In this document: positions 8,074-17,087 of the stretch, one piece after another
Position numbering within the stretch: position 1 is the stretch's first letter
Layout: each line of letters begins with the position of its first letter
Source of the DNA: a virus
Taxonomy: Duplodnaviria; Caudoviricetes
Length of the DNA: 30,456 nucleotides
Reading direction: 5' to 3' (one strand)
Virus record (IMG/VR): IMGVR_UViG_3300034355_000190
Location: 1 to 30,456 of that record
Position numbers and translations under genes: made by a program
The notes under the pieces: generated by a model
Seen by the model: the letters and a program-made list of their open reading frames with translations, nothing else
What the model was told of the DNA's origin: nothing
Database searches by the model: none

Positions 8074-9663
8074 TCAGTTCACCACCGAGCCCATCTCAAG
8101 CTGAAGATCGATCGCCGCCAATTCCGCATCTGGGGACGGCGTCACGCCGAAAGTTGCTTGAAGCTGGATCGCATGGACAAAGCCTGCGCCGACCATGCTG
8201 ACCCAGCGCGTTGACGTGACTTGCTCGCTCGATGATGCATCCCACAGCGCCGTATCCCACACGCCGACGTCCCATGTGTCCTCGGCGTAATCCATCACCG
8301 AGGATGGGGGAGCCGGGAAGCTCTGCGCGTAGTCCACGCTTGACGATAGCTGCGGCAGGAATTGCGAGGATGCACGGAACGTCGCCCGCGCCTGCTTCAG
8401 CGTCTTGAACTGGCCGGGGCTCCCGAAATGATCAAACGGCAGCGCCAGCCTGCATGTGTAGGCAATGCCATCATCCGAGCCGGTTGTATTGCCCTGCATC
8501 ACCTTGCCGGTTGATGTTCCGAAATAGAGATTGTCATCATGCACCGCCAGCGAGCGGACGTCCCAGCCCGTGAACCTTGCCCACGCGCCCGTCTCGGTAT
8601 TGACGATAAACACGTAATCATCGGTCGTTGAGTCAATGACCGGCAGGCCGATTACCGCCAGGTTCTCCTCGTCCCACTTCTGCACCGACCACGCCACGGA
8701 CTGACGCGTCACCGCTTCACGGCGCCAGTTGGGCTGGATGTTGCGGCTTACCGCGGCAAGCGAGAGTGCAGCCGGATCTTTGCTCAATGCGGCGCTCAGA
8801 GGCACAAGGCCGTCCGTCGTGGCAATGAGCAAGTCGCCGCCTGCCCGCATGTACGCAGACTTGCCCAACGGCCTGCCGCCGAGGTCGTAGCGGCCAACCA
8901 GCGCCCAATCTGTCGGGTCGGACGGATCAGAGCCCTCGTAGATCGCAATCTCGCCCTGCGTCGAGACAAACACGCACTTGTCGTCAACGCCATCGCCCGC
9001 ATCGATCGACCATGTTGCCCCAAACAGGAGCGAGCCGCCACGCTGGAACACGCCGGCAAGGGTGAGGTCTGCGGCAGCGCCCGAGATGCTGTCCACCGCG
9101 AGATACCACGCCTTCATCGACGTGCCTTGAACGAAGAAAAGCCGGTTCTTGTAGGCCCATGTCTGCGACAGGGTTGACGTGGTGACGCCGGTAATCGCGC
9201 CTGCGCTCACCCCGGTAATCGCCAGCCAGTTCGTTCCATCGTAACGCTGGAGCGAATCGGTTCCATTGGCTGCGAAGAGATACGTGCCGCCGCTCGTTTC
9301 GAACTGGATCGTTGAGTATTCGCCGCTTGTCTGGCTCGCGACATCCTCGGTAGGCGTCGCCGTGATGTTCCAGATCTTCGTCGTGCTGGCCGCAAACAGC
9401 TTGCTCGTGGTTCCAGCCTTGTAAGTGAACAGCGAGGCAATGGCTGCTGATGCGCCGCTGTCATAGAACTCGGATGAGCCGGAACGGAACTTCACCCCGG
9501 TCTGCGTCGGGATGCAGTTGTCCATGACCAGCGCAGAGCCGGGCGCTGATGCGCTCAGGTTCTCGTTCGTGACCCAGCCGCGCACGGGGGCGGGGATGGT
9601 CACGGAACGCGATCGGGACTGGCCCCGAGAGGCTACAGCGGCGCGTCTGAGGCCAACTCTCAT
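8074..9663 (-). CDS. Tail tubular protein B / nozzle (P22 gp10-like DNA stabilization protein), 529 aa
   Basis: PAPVRGWVTNENL start, beta-propeller-like composition, YKNRLFF and GEIAIYEGSDP motifs; follows the adaptor gene. Confidence 0.75.
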   Translation of the reverse strand: MRVGLRRAAVASRGQSRSRSVTIPAPVRGWVTNENLSASAPGSALVMDNCIPTQTGVKFRSGSSEFYDSGASAAIASLFTYKAGTTSKLFAASTTKIWNITATPTEDVASQTSGEYSTIQFETSGGTYLFAANGTDSLQRYDGTNWLAITGVSAGAITGVTTSTLSQTWAYKNRLFFVQGTSMKAWYLAVDSISGAAADLTLAGVFQRGGSLLFGATWSIDAGDGVDDKCVFVSTQGEIAIYEGSDPSDPTDWALVGRYDLGGRPLGKSAYMRAGGDLLIATTDGLVPLSAALSKDPAALSLAAVSRNIQPNWRREAVTRQSVAWSVQKWDEENLAVIGLPVIDSTTDDYVFIVNTETGAWARFTGWDVRSLAVHDDNLYFGTSTGKVMQGNTTGSDDGIAYTCRLALPFDHFGSPGQFKTLKQARATFRASSQFLPQLSSSVDYAQSFPAPPSSVMDYAEDTWDVGVWDTALWDASSSEQVTSTRWVSMVGAGFVHAIQLQATFGVTPSPDAELAAIDLQLEMGSVVN

Positions 9664-10670
9664 GTGCCGCCCGGTACAGTAAGCGGATAGGCGAGATTGA
9701 CGCCCTTGGGCCAGCGAGCCCTGCCCTGACGCATGATCGTCGCGCCCTTGTCGCGGGCGATCAGCTTCTCCTTCAGGATTTCATAGTCGTTCTGGAACTC
9801 GGCGTAAGGCAGGCCCTTGTCCTGCTTCCACAGGTAGATGATCGCCTTGCGCAGCAGCTCGTCGTCAATGCGGAACGTGTCGGTATCCAACGTGAAGGTG
9901 GACTTGGCCGTGCCCGTGGCCGGCTGCACTGAAGCCGTGCTCTGGTAGAAGTGATTGGCGACCTCGCCGCTGTCCAGAGCAGGCGTGAAATGGATCTGAC
10001 CGCCATAGATGATCCAGGCGTTCGTCCCCGGATTGAAGTTGCGCACGTCCATCGCGAGCCAGTCGTCGAGGCTATGGACCGGCAGCAGCGGGATTTGCGC
10101 TGTCGAGGACCATACCTGCTGATCGTCGGGCATGAAGCCGAAATCATCCGGCAGGTCATAGTCCACCGTCGAACCATCGCCCGTGTAGGTCGCGCGCTGC
10201 ACCAGCTTGCGCCAGCGGTGCGCCTTGTTGATCATGTCGAGCGCCGCGTTGGCGACTTCAGCCAGTTCCTGCGCCGTCCTGTCGGTCGAGGCGTAGAGCG
10301 CGTCAGGCGGCTCGATGCCGAGCGGTCGTTTGGCAACCTGCTGGATGATGCCGAGAATGGAGGTAGCGGATGCGCCGGAAAGCTGTTCGGACGTTACAGC
10401 CGTGATGCTGGCAGCGCCCGCGCCGTCTACCGTCCAGATGCCTTGGATGGCAAGTTCAGCCTGGTCGCCGTCAATGACAACCGTATCGTCGGAATCCAGA
10501 TAGTCGGTAAAGCCACCGGATGACGATGACGCCGTGCCGCTGCCGAACAGGAAATAGAGCCGGTTGGCATCGGTGTTGACGATGGTGACGCTTGACCGCG
10601 TCGTGTCCGCTGCAAGCAATTGCGTGCTTGTCGTTGTCGAGTTGACGGAGGTGGTTGCGCTAGTGACCAT
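9660..10670 (-). CDS. Head-tail adaptor / tail tubular protein A with an extra N-terminal beta domain, 336 aa
   Basis: From about residue 102: SILGIIQQV..LGIEPP..HRWRKL..YDLPDDF..WKQDKGLPY, adaptor-like; position between tail fibre and nozzle. Confidence 0.7.
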   Translation of the reverse strand: MVTSATTSVNSTTTSTQLLAADTTRSSVTIVNTDANRLYFLFGSGTASSSSGGFTDYLDSDDTVVIDGDQAELAIQGIWTVDGAGAASITAVTSEQLSGASATSILGIIQQVAKRPLGIEPPDALYASTDRTAQELAEVANAALDMINKAHRWRKLVQRATYTGDGSTVDYDLPDDFGFMPDDQQVWSSTAQIPLLPVHSLDDWLAMDVRNFNPGTNAWIIYGGQIHFTPALDSGEVANHFYQSTASVQPATGTAKSTFTLDTDTFRIDDELLRKAIIYLWKQDKGLPYAEFQNDYEILKEKLIARDKGATIMRQGRARWPKGVNLAYPLTVPGGT

Positions 10671-13600
10671 CAGACTACCTCTAGCGCCATCGCGAACACT
10701 CCGGCGTCGTTTGCCAGCGTGTCGGAACCGTTACCGCCCTCGCGATCAATCGCAAAATGCAGCAGCCTGTCAGCGGTGACCGTAAATGGGTCAGCGCGCG
10801 TTATCTTCAGCACGTCCTGCGCGGGTGCCGCTGTGACGGCAAAATTGACAAAAGTGGCAACGGTTTCTGTCGCTCCGCCGTCAGTCGAGTGGTGGTAGCT
10901 GTAACGCCACACCACGTTTCCTGATCCGGCCCCGTTGTTCGTCCAATACAGGACCGGAACCAGCCTGACGCCAACCAGATTTTTCGGAACGCGGATAGTT
11001 GTGGCAATGCGCTCCGTGCCTGCCGCATCGAACAGCCACATGGAGCGGGTGCTGGCGCTGTTGAGGCCAACAACCGGGGAACCGTTCTGCGCGACCCAGT
11101 CCTGAACCCCAAGGCGGATCGGTGTCGCCCACTGCACCAGGCTGATGTCTACAGGGGTCGCAAGGCTGGTGTTCGCTGTGACGTTTCCGACGCCAAAGTC
11201 GTGATCGTTTGCGATGAACGTCGCATCGTTGCTCGCGCCGTTGGTGACGATGCCATAGTTCTGCGAGCGAATCTGCTCGATGGTGAACTCGACAATCGTA
11301 ACCGCCTGACCGGAAAGGTCGGGGCTGAACGCCGTCAGCAATGTTCCCGCAGTGGCCCCACCAGCGCTGTCGATCAGCGAATAGTTTGAGCCGTTCTTCA
11401 AATACATGCGGCTGGTGATCTGCGTCGTGAACAACGTGCTTGTGCCGGTCAGCGTGGTGCCGGTAGTGCTGACCGTTCCCGTCTTGGTCGCGGTCGGGAA
11501 AGTGATGATGTCTGTGTGGATCGTCAGGGCGTCGCCAGCAATCGAGACGATGTACGTCTTGAGATCGGCGCTGGCTGTACCGCATCCGTTGAGCTTGATC
11601 CACTGGCCCTTGCGATACTTCGCGGGATTGCGAACGTACACAACGCGCGGGGCGCTCGGTTGAGCCGAGCCGATGCCGTAATACAGCGCAAACGACAGGC
11701 TGGTTGTTCCAATGGTGCCGTCTATGGGCGAGGCGCTGGTGTAGTATTGCCCGACGCTGGCCGTGCCGCCCGTTACCGGGACGATGGCCCCGGCGGTCTC
11801 CGACCACACATCCATGTCGGTGGCACGAGCCCATGCACCAGCAGCGCTGACATAGATGCCGTTCTGCGATGCCGTCGTCTGATTCTTGACAAGCACGCGG
11901 CTAGCCGATGTCAGTGTTCCATCAATCGTCTGCTCGCCCGAGAGCGTGATGTTGGCGGTCGTCGCCAACGCCACTGCTGACTTGAGCGACGTGCTCCGCT
12001 GCGAATCCTGCGTGCGGCAGTCCAGCAGTCGCGGGTCCAGACGCTCAACGATCGGAAAGCCAGCGGTGCCCGCGTCATCCTTGGAGTAGTATCCCGCCGC
12101 CTCGATGGCATCGATTGTCTCGACTGCGAAGCGCGTTGTGCCCGCAACAGTCGCGTTGCGCGCTTGCCCGTTGTTGTCAAAACGGCAGTTGTTAAGCAGC
12201 GTTCTGGTCCCGCCCTCGTCGTAGAACCCCGCGCCCTCGTTGTAGACGAAGTCGCAGTTATCATAGCCCCCGTCTTCCGTGACTTGCGTCTCAGCGGTTG
12301 GGAAGGACTCGTTGACGTTGCTGCTTTCTTGAAAAACGCCGTAGAGGTTGCCCTCAAAGACAGTGTTTTCGACACGCATGCCGCTGCCGATGTAGGTCCG
12401 CATTCCCGGCCCAAGGTGGCCGGTGACCATGTTGAACTCCACATGGCAGTTGATGTTGGGAGCAAGGACGCGGGCGCGCGATGCGTAGAGCCCGCCGTTG
12501 ATCGCGTGAATGCCATTGCCCTGTGTTGAAGCCGATGGCGGCCACATGGTTGCGTCAGGCGCGAGATAGCCGCCGTCGATCACGTCGCCCTTGACGGTGA
12601 GATTGCGGCATCCGCCAATCTCAAGGCCGACAGAGGTGTAGCGCTCGCAGGTGACGTTGGTGATCGAGGCGTCCGTCACATAGAGCAGCGAAATGCCGAC
12701 CGACTTGGTCATGGCCGTGTCGTTGAGCGCCGTCACCCGCCAGTTGTTGCCGTGGAATTTGCGGACGTTGATGATACCAACGCCTTGGAACCAGTCACTA
12801 CGCGTATTGCCAGTCGTGGTCGTGTATTTGTAGTACCCAGACTGATTTTCTATGAGCAGGTTGTTGCACTCGGCAACGTCCCCATCCTTGATGTCGATGG
12901 CGTTCGGGGAGATCAGCCAAGCATCATTGTCGATATCGACGAGCTTGATGTCGTTCGCTTTGCATGTCGTGAAGTTCTTGATGATGATGCCAGCGCCGGA
13001 ATCTTCGACCGTTGTGCCGCTCACATCGACGTTGTTGGCGTAGAGCGAGGCCACGGCGTAATCGGCTGAGTTGATGACCTTTGTGCAGATTCGAATGTTC
13101 TCGATACGCACGGAGTCGGATGTGCCGAGCACATAAACCGGCCAGTATGTTTTGACTGCCGCGCCGGTTGCAGCGTTGTAGGCCGCGCGCCCCTGATTAT
13201 CCCGGTTGAAGTCGATGATGCCGCCAATGAGTGAGCTGTTGGACCCACGCAGGCGGAACACGTACTTGGCATCGCCGCTCTCGGATGCACTGTCCTTCAG
13301 TTTGACCGTGACGCCGGGGTCCAGAATGATGTTGACGGTGCTGGCGCAATCCTGAACGCCGGTAAGATACGAGCCCGTGCCTTTGCGGAACCGCACTGGC
13401 TTGCCGCTGGACATGCCCAGCGCCAGAGCGGCGGTTATGCCTGTCGTGTTGTCCGTAGCGCCGTCCACGGTTGCGCAGTGATCAAGCACGTTGATTTCGT
13501 CTGCGCGGTGAGCCTCGATTGTGCGGGCAACGCTGCCGCCCGTGGCTGTGACGCTCTTGGCGCTGATGGTCTGCGCAGACGCGGTGTCCACCATCGTGAC

Positions 13601-15712
13601 GCGACCAGCGCCCGTGCCGATCGTCAGCTTATCGTCGTCCGAATCCCAGACGGCAGAACCCTCGGCAGTCTGCGCCGGGCTGGCTGCTGCCGGCAGGACA
13701 ATCGTTCCGCTGCCCGCGTTGACGACAGGGTTAGTAAGCGTCGGCGTGGCTAGGGTCGGAGACGTAGCAAAGACAAGCGCGCCAGAGCCGGTCTCGCCGG
13801 TAACGGCAGCGGCAAGGTTGGCACTCGATGGGGTCGCGAGAAACGTGGCGACGCCAGTACCAAGGCCAGACACGCCCGATGAGATGGGCAGGCCGGTAGC
13901 ATTGGTGAGGACCGCCGCCGATGGCGTGCCGATGTTCGGCGTGACCAGGATCGGATCGGTCGCGAAGACAAGCGCGCCTGACCCTGTTTCGTCGCTGACG
14001 GCTGTCTTGAGATTTGCGCTGCTCGGGGTTGCGAGGAACGTGGCGACGCCGCTGCCAAGACCGCTGACGCCCGTCGAAATAGGCAATCCGGTTGCGTTGG
14101 TGAGTGTTGCGCTGGTCGGAGTTCCGAGAACTGGCGTCACCAGCGTGGGCGAGGTCGCAAACACGAGCGCGCCAGAGCCTGTCTCATCGGTGATGGCGGC
14201 TGCAAGGTTGGCGCTGGACGGTGTAGCCAGCAAAGTGGCAACGCCAGTGCCTAACCCGCTGATCCCAGTCGAGACAGGAAGCCCAGTGGCGTTGGTCAGG
14301 ACGCCGCTGGTGGGCGTGCCGAGTGCGGGGGTAACCAGGGTCGGTGATGTTGCAAACACCAGCGCGCCGGTTCCTGTTTGGTCTGTGATGGCTGCGAGCA
14401 GGTTGGCGCTGGTGGGCGTCGCGAGGAACGCCGTAACGTTCGCCCCCGGCGTGAGGCCCGCCCACGTTGCAAGGTCAGCGTCGTATGCCTGAACGTCCGT
14501 TCCGATCACCGCGCCTGCCAACGTGCGCAGGGCGGCGGCATCAGCAGAGGTGAGAACGCTGCGCCCGTAGGCGGTTGTGGTCAGGGCCGCGATTTCGGTC
14601 AGGTCGCTGTCCAGCGGTTGCAGGCCCGATGTCGTAATCAGCAGCGTGAACGTAAAGCTGGTGACGCCAATCGTGCCGCCCGTCACTGCGGTCGAAACAA
14701 ACACCTTGGAGCCGTTGGCCGTGCCAGAAGTGACCGGCACAATCGCACCGATGGTTTCCGACCATGCGTCCATGTCCGTTGCGCGCGACCACGCGCCCGC
14801 CGCGACGACATAGATACCGTTCTGGCTGGCCGTGCTCTGGTCCTTGGCGAGTACCCTGTCGCCCGCGATGATGGTGACGCCGTCAACAGAGGCGGTGCCA
14901 GAGAGCCCAAGGTTGCCGGTGGAGGCGCAGAGTGCGGCGGTCTTAGGCTGAAGTCCGACAGCAACGCTATCGACGTATGCCTTGTTGGCCGCCTGCGTCG
15001 AGGTTGTAGGCGTCGGGACTGTTGGTGAAGTCGAGAACGCCCACGCGCTGGCGACGGCTGGCGTGCCTGCAATGGTGCCGGTGAATGTAGGCGAGGTCAG
15101 TGATTTGTTGGTCAGTGTCGAGGTAGAGCTGATCGTTGGAACGGCAACGCTCGCAACCGTCAGCGCGCCAGACACATCCATCGTGGCGTTGACATCGATG
15201 GCCGTGGCGTCGAGCTGGATTTCAGTAACAGTCGTGCCGCTGCGCGTAACGGAAATCGCGTTGACGTTGGTCAATTCATCGTCAGAGGATAGCCGAAGCA
15301 CGAAGATGCCGTTGGCGCAAGAAAGCGACCACCGCTGGTTATCCGCCGCCCTATCTGTTTCCTGAAACTTCAGAGTGGCGGTTGTGGTAGAAATTATGGG
15401 AGCGGCATTGAACGTCCATGTACCGGAAACAGTTGGCGTCCCGGCAATGTTGCCAGACATGGTCGGCCCGCTGAACGTGCCGCCCGTTATCGTCTTGCCG
15501 GTCAGCGTCAGCGCAGAGGGAATGCTGAGCGTCGGATTGCCGCTGACGCCGTCGCCGTTCGTGACTGTCAGCTCGTTGGCCGTGCCCGTGATGGTCCGCG
15601 CAGCGCCGGTTCCAGCGCCCGTGCGGACCCAGATGCCGTTCGTCTCGTTGTCCGCAAGCGCAGTGACGTCAGTATCGGTCGAAACCGATGCGCGGGTGAC
15701 ACGATAGGCCAT
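10670..15712 (-). CDS. Tail fibre / tailspike with a pectate-lyase-like beta-helix (putative depolymerase), 1680 aa
   Basis: Thr/Ser/Gly-rich; fibre motifs AANKAYVD, QPLDSDLT, DVQAYDADL; 65-aa tandem repeats; INVLDHCATVDGATDNTTGITAAL resembles the beta-helix cap motif; Asn-rich rungs follow. Confidence 0.85.
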   Translation of the reverse strand: MAYRVTRASVSTDTDVTALADNETNGIWVRTGAGTGAARTITGTANELTVTNGDGVSGNPTLSIPSALTLTGKTITGGTFSGPTMSGNIAGTPTVSGTWTFNAAPIISTTTATLKFQETDRAADNQRWSLSCANGIFVLRLSSDDELTNVNAISVTRSGTTVTEIQLDATAIDVNATMDVSGALTVASVAVPTISSTSTLTNKSLTSPTFTGTIAGTPAVASAWAFSTSPTVPTPTTSTQAANKAYVDSVAVGLQPKTAALCASTGNLGLSGTASVDGVTIIAGDRVLAKDQSTASQNGIYVVAAGAWSRATDMDAWSETIGAIVPVTSGTANGSKVFVSTAVTGGTIGVTSFTFTLLITTSGLQPLDSDLTEIAALTTTAYGRSVLTSADAAALRTLAGAVIGTDVQAYDADLATWAGLTPGANVTAFLATPTSANLLAAITDQTGTGALVFATSPTLVTPALGTPTSGVLTNATGLPVSTGISGLGTGVATLLATPSSANLAAAITDETGSGALVFATSPTLVTPVLGTPTSATLTNATGLPISTGVSGLGSGVATFLATPSSANLKTAVSDETGSGALVFATDPILVTPNIGTPSAAVLTNATGLPISSGVSGLGTGVATFLATPSSANLAAAVTGETGSGALVFATSPTLATPTLTNPVVNAGSGTIVLPAAASPAQTAEGSAVWDSDDDKLTIGTGAGRVTMVDTASAQTISAKSVTATGGSVARTIEAHRADEINVLDHCATVDGATDNTTGITAALALGMSSGKPVRFRKGTGSYLTGVQDCASTVNIILDPGVTVKLKDSASESGDAKYVFRLRGSNSSLIGGIIDFNRDNQGRAAYNAATGAAVKTYWPVYVLGTSDSVRIENIRICTKVINSADYAVASLYANNVDVSGTTVEDSGAGIIIKNFTTCKANDIKLVDIDNDAWLISPNAIDIKDGDVAECNNLLIENQSGYYKYTTTTGNTRSDWFQGVGIINVRKFHGNNWRVTALNDTAMTKSVGISLLYVTDASITNVTCERYTSVGLEIGGCRNLTVKGDVIDGGYLAPDATMWPPSASTQGNGIHAINGGLYASRARVLAPNINCHVEFNMVTGHLGPGMRTYIGSGMRVENTVFEGNLYGVFQESSNVNESFPTAETQVTEDGGYDNCDFVYNEGAGFYDEGGTRTLLNNCRFDNNGQARNATVAGTTRFAVETIDAIEAAGYYSKDDAGTAGFPIVERLDPRLLDCRTQDSQRSTSLKSAVALATTANITLSGEQTIDGTLTSASRVLVKNQTTASQNGIYVSAAGAWARATDMDVWSETAGAIVPVTGGTASVGQYYTSASPIDGTIGTTSLSFALYYGIGSAQPSAPRVVYVRNPAKYRKGQWIKLNGCGTASADLKTYIVSIAGDALTIHTDIITFPTATKTGTVSTTGTTLTGTSTLFTTQITSRMYLKNGSNYSLIDSAGGATAGTLLTAFSPDLSGQAVTIVEFTIEQIRSQNYGIVTNGASNDATFIANDHDFGVGNVTANTSLATPVDISLVQWATPIRLGVQDWVAQNGSPVVGLNSASTRSMWLFDAAGTERIATTIRVPKNLVGVRLVPVLYWTNNGAGSGNVVWRYSYHHSTDGGATETVATFVNFAVTAAPAQDVLKITRADPFTVTADRLLHFAIDREGGNGSDTLANDAGVFAMALEVV
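13730..14440 (-). repeat. 195-bp (65-aa) tandem repeat, about 3.6 copies, inside the tail fibre gene
   Basis: (F/L)LATP(S/T)SANL..A...ETGSGALVFATSPTLVTP..GTP...LTNATGLP...G.SGLG.GVAT recurs, with equivalent DNA positions at 14421, 14226, 14031 and 13836. Confidence 0.92.
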
Positions 15713-15723
15713 CTGTCAGAACC

Positions 15724-16524
15724 TCAAGCGGCCACGGACTGATCAGCTTGCAGCTTGGCTGCAACGCGATCGGCAATCTCGATCAGCTTGGCCTTCCCGG
15801 TCTTGTGGTGCGGCTCGGGCTCGCTCGGGTCGGCGTCCTTGATCCAGTTCTTGATGTCCTCGGCGTCCCAGCTATCGAAGGGCGACGGCTTGGCCTTGGC
15901 AGGAGCGGGCTTCGCGGCTTGCGGCGCCGGAGTGCTGCCAGACAGCAGCATGTCCATCTGCGCACGCAACGCGGCCATCTCGGCGCGCATCTCGTCCTTC
16001 TCGCGCTCGTGGCGCACGTCCAGTTCCGTACCCTTGGCGCGCTCCAGGTAGTTCTGCGCCTGCTTGCAGAGGTCGCCCATCCCGAAGCCGTACTTGCCGA
16101 TCTGCGCGCCCGTGAGGCTCGCCAGTTGCTCGGCAGAGTGGATGTTGATGGCGCGGAGTTCGGCCCTGCGGCCTTCGGTGAGGAAGGGAAGCTCGGACAG
16201 CGGAGTGCCCTGCACAGTGCCGCCCTGACCAGCCTTGAACGCCTCGTAAGCTTTGGCGAAATCCGGGTGATCCTTCCACGCCACGTAGTAGCGGTCATTG
16301 TTCTCGGGGTTGCGCAGCGGACGATCGCAGCGGTCCTTGGCCGGCGCGTGCAGTTCGGACTTCGTGTTGCCCGCCCACTTGATCTCCAGCATCTCGATGT
16401 CATCGAAGATCGGACGGCCTGCCTCTTTCGACTTCAGGTCGTTCTGCGTCAGTCCCATGTAGAACCTTGGAACTGCCTGCGTGTGGATCATATCGCCCGG
16501 AGCGACGGGTTGTTGAATAGCCAT
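15724..16524 (-). CDS. Phage hypothetical protein with helix-hairpin-helix-like and coiled-coil segments, 266 aa
   Basis: Strong AAGGAGG SD; GTPLSELPFLT..AELRAINIHSAEQLASL motif; located in the structural operon. Confidence 0.65.
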   Translation of the reverse strand: MAIQQPVAPGDMIHTQAVPRFYMGLTQNDLKSKEAGRPIFDDIEMLEIKWAGNTKSELHAPAKDRCDRPLRNPENNDRYYVAWKDHPDFAKAYEAFKAGQGGTVQGTPLSELPFLTEGRRAELRAINIHSAEQLASLTGAQIGKYGFGMGDLCKQAQNYLERAKGTELDVRHEREKDEMRAEMAALRAQMDMLLSGSTPAPQAAKPAPAKAKPSPFDSWDAEDIKNWIKDADPSEPEPHHKTGKAKLIEIADRVAAKLQADQSVAA

Positions 16525-16538
16525 GCTGGCCTCCTTCG

Positions 16539-17087
16539 TTATCGGATGAACTTCAGAAGCGTCATTGGCTTCTGGTAGTGCTCGTAAATCTCTGTCGCGG
16601 CCTGGATCAGCACGAAGCCGTGCGCCGCAAATGCTTCGGCGTATTCGGACGGCTCGCGGTTGAAGACGGGCGGATCACCCTCACGCCGCCACTCCCTGCC
16701 CATCATCTCGCTGACGTAGACAACCGGCGCTTTCATCCGGCCAATCAGCGCGTCCAGTTCGTCGTCAGGGACGTGCATCAGGACGGTATGGATCAGGTAC
16801 ACGTCGCCTTGCGGAAACTCGTCCTGCACCACGTCAAATGCATGGAGAGGGTTTCTCTCGATCGCCTCGGCAATGCTCCGCTCGTTCAGGTCAACGCCAA
16901 GGTAGGCGTGCGGCTTGAATGCGCAGGCCAGTCGTCCCGGCCCGCATCCGATCTCGACCACGAAGCCATGCGAGGCGACTTCAGCAAGATACGGCAGCAG
17001 CCACGCGCCTTCCGGGTTAGCCTTGCCTGCTGGGGTAATGTGGCGAACGCCGTTCTGTGCTCGCCAGAAATCCGCAGCTAGTTCCAT
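16539..17087 (-). CDS. Class I SAM-dependent methyltransferase, 182 aa
   Basis: VVEIGCGPGR (motif I), YLGVDL (motif II), HTVLMHVPD. Confidence 0.85.
   Translation of the reverse strand: MELAADFWRAQNGVRHITPAGKANPEGAWLLPYLAEVASHGFVVEIGCGPGRLACAFKPHAYLGVDLNERSIAEAIERNPLHAFDVVQDEFPQGDVYLIHTVLMHVPDDELDALIGRMKAPVVYVSEMMGREWRREGDPPVFNREPSEYAEAFAAHGFVLIQAATEIYEHYQKPMTLLKFIR

Noticed and set aside
11685-14940. Diversity-generating retroelement template/variable repeat pair
   Set aside because: In the stretch compared, the two copies differ mostly at synonymous sites rather than specifically at adenines. Both are in-frame coding, and there is no reverse transcriptase in the window.
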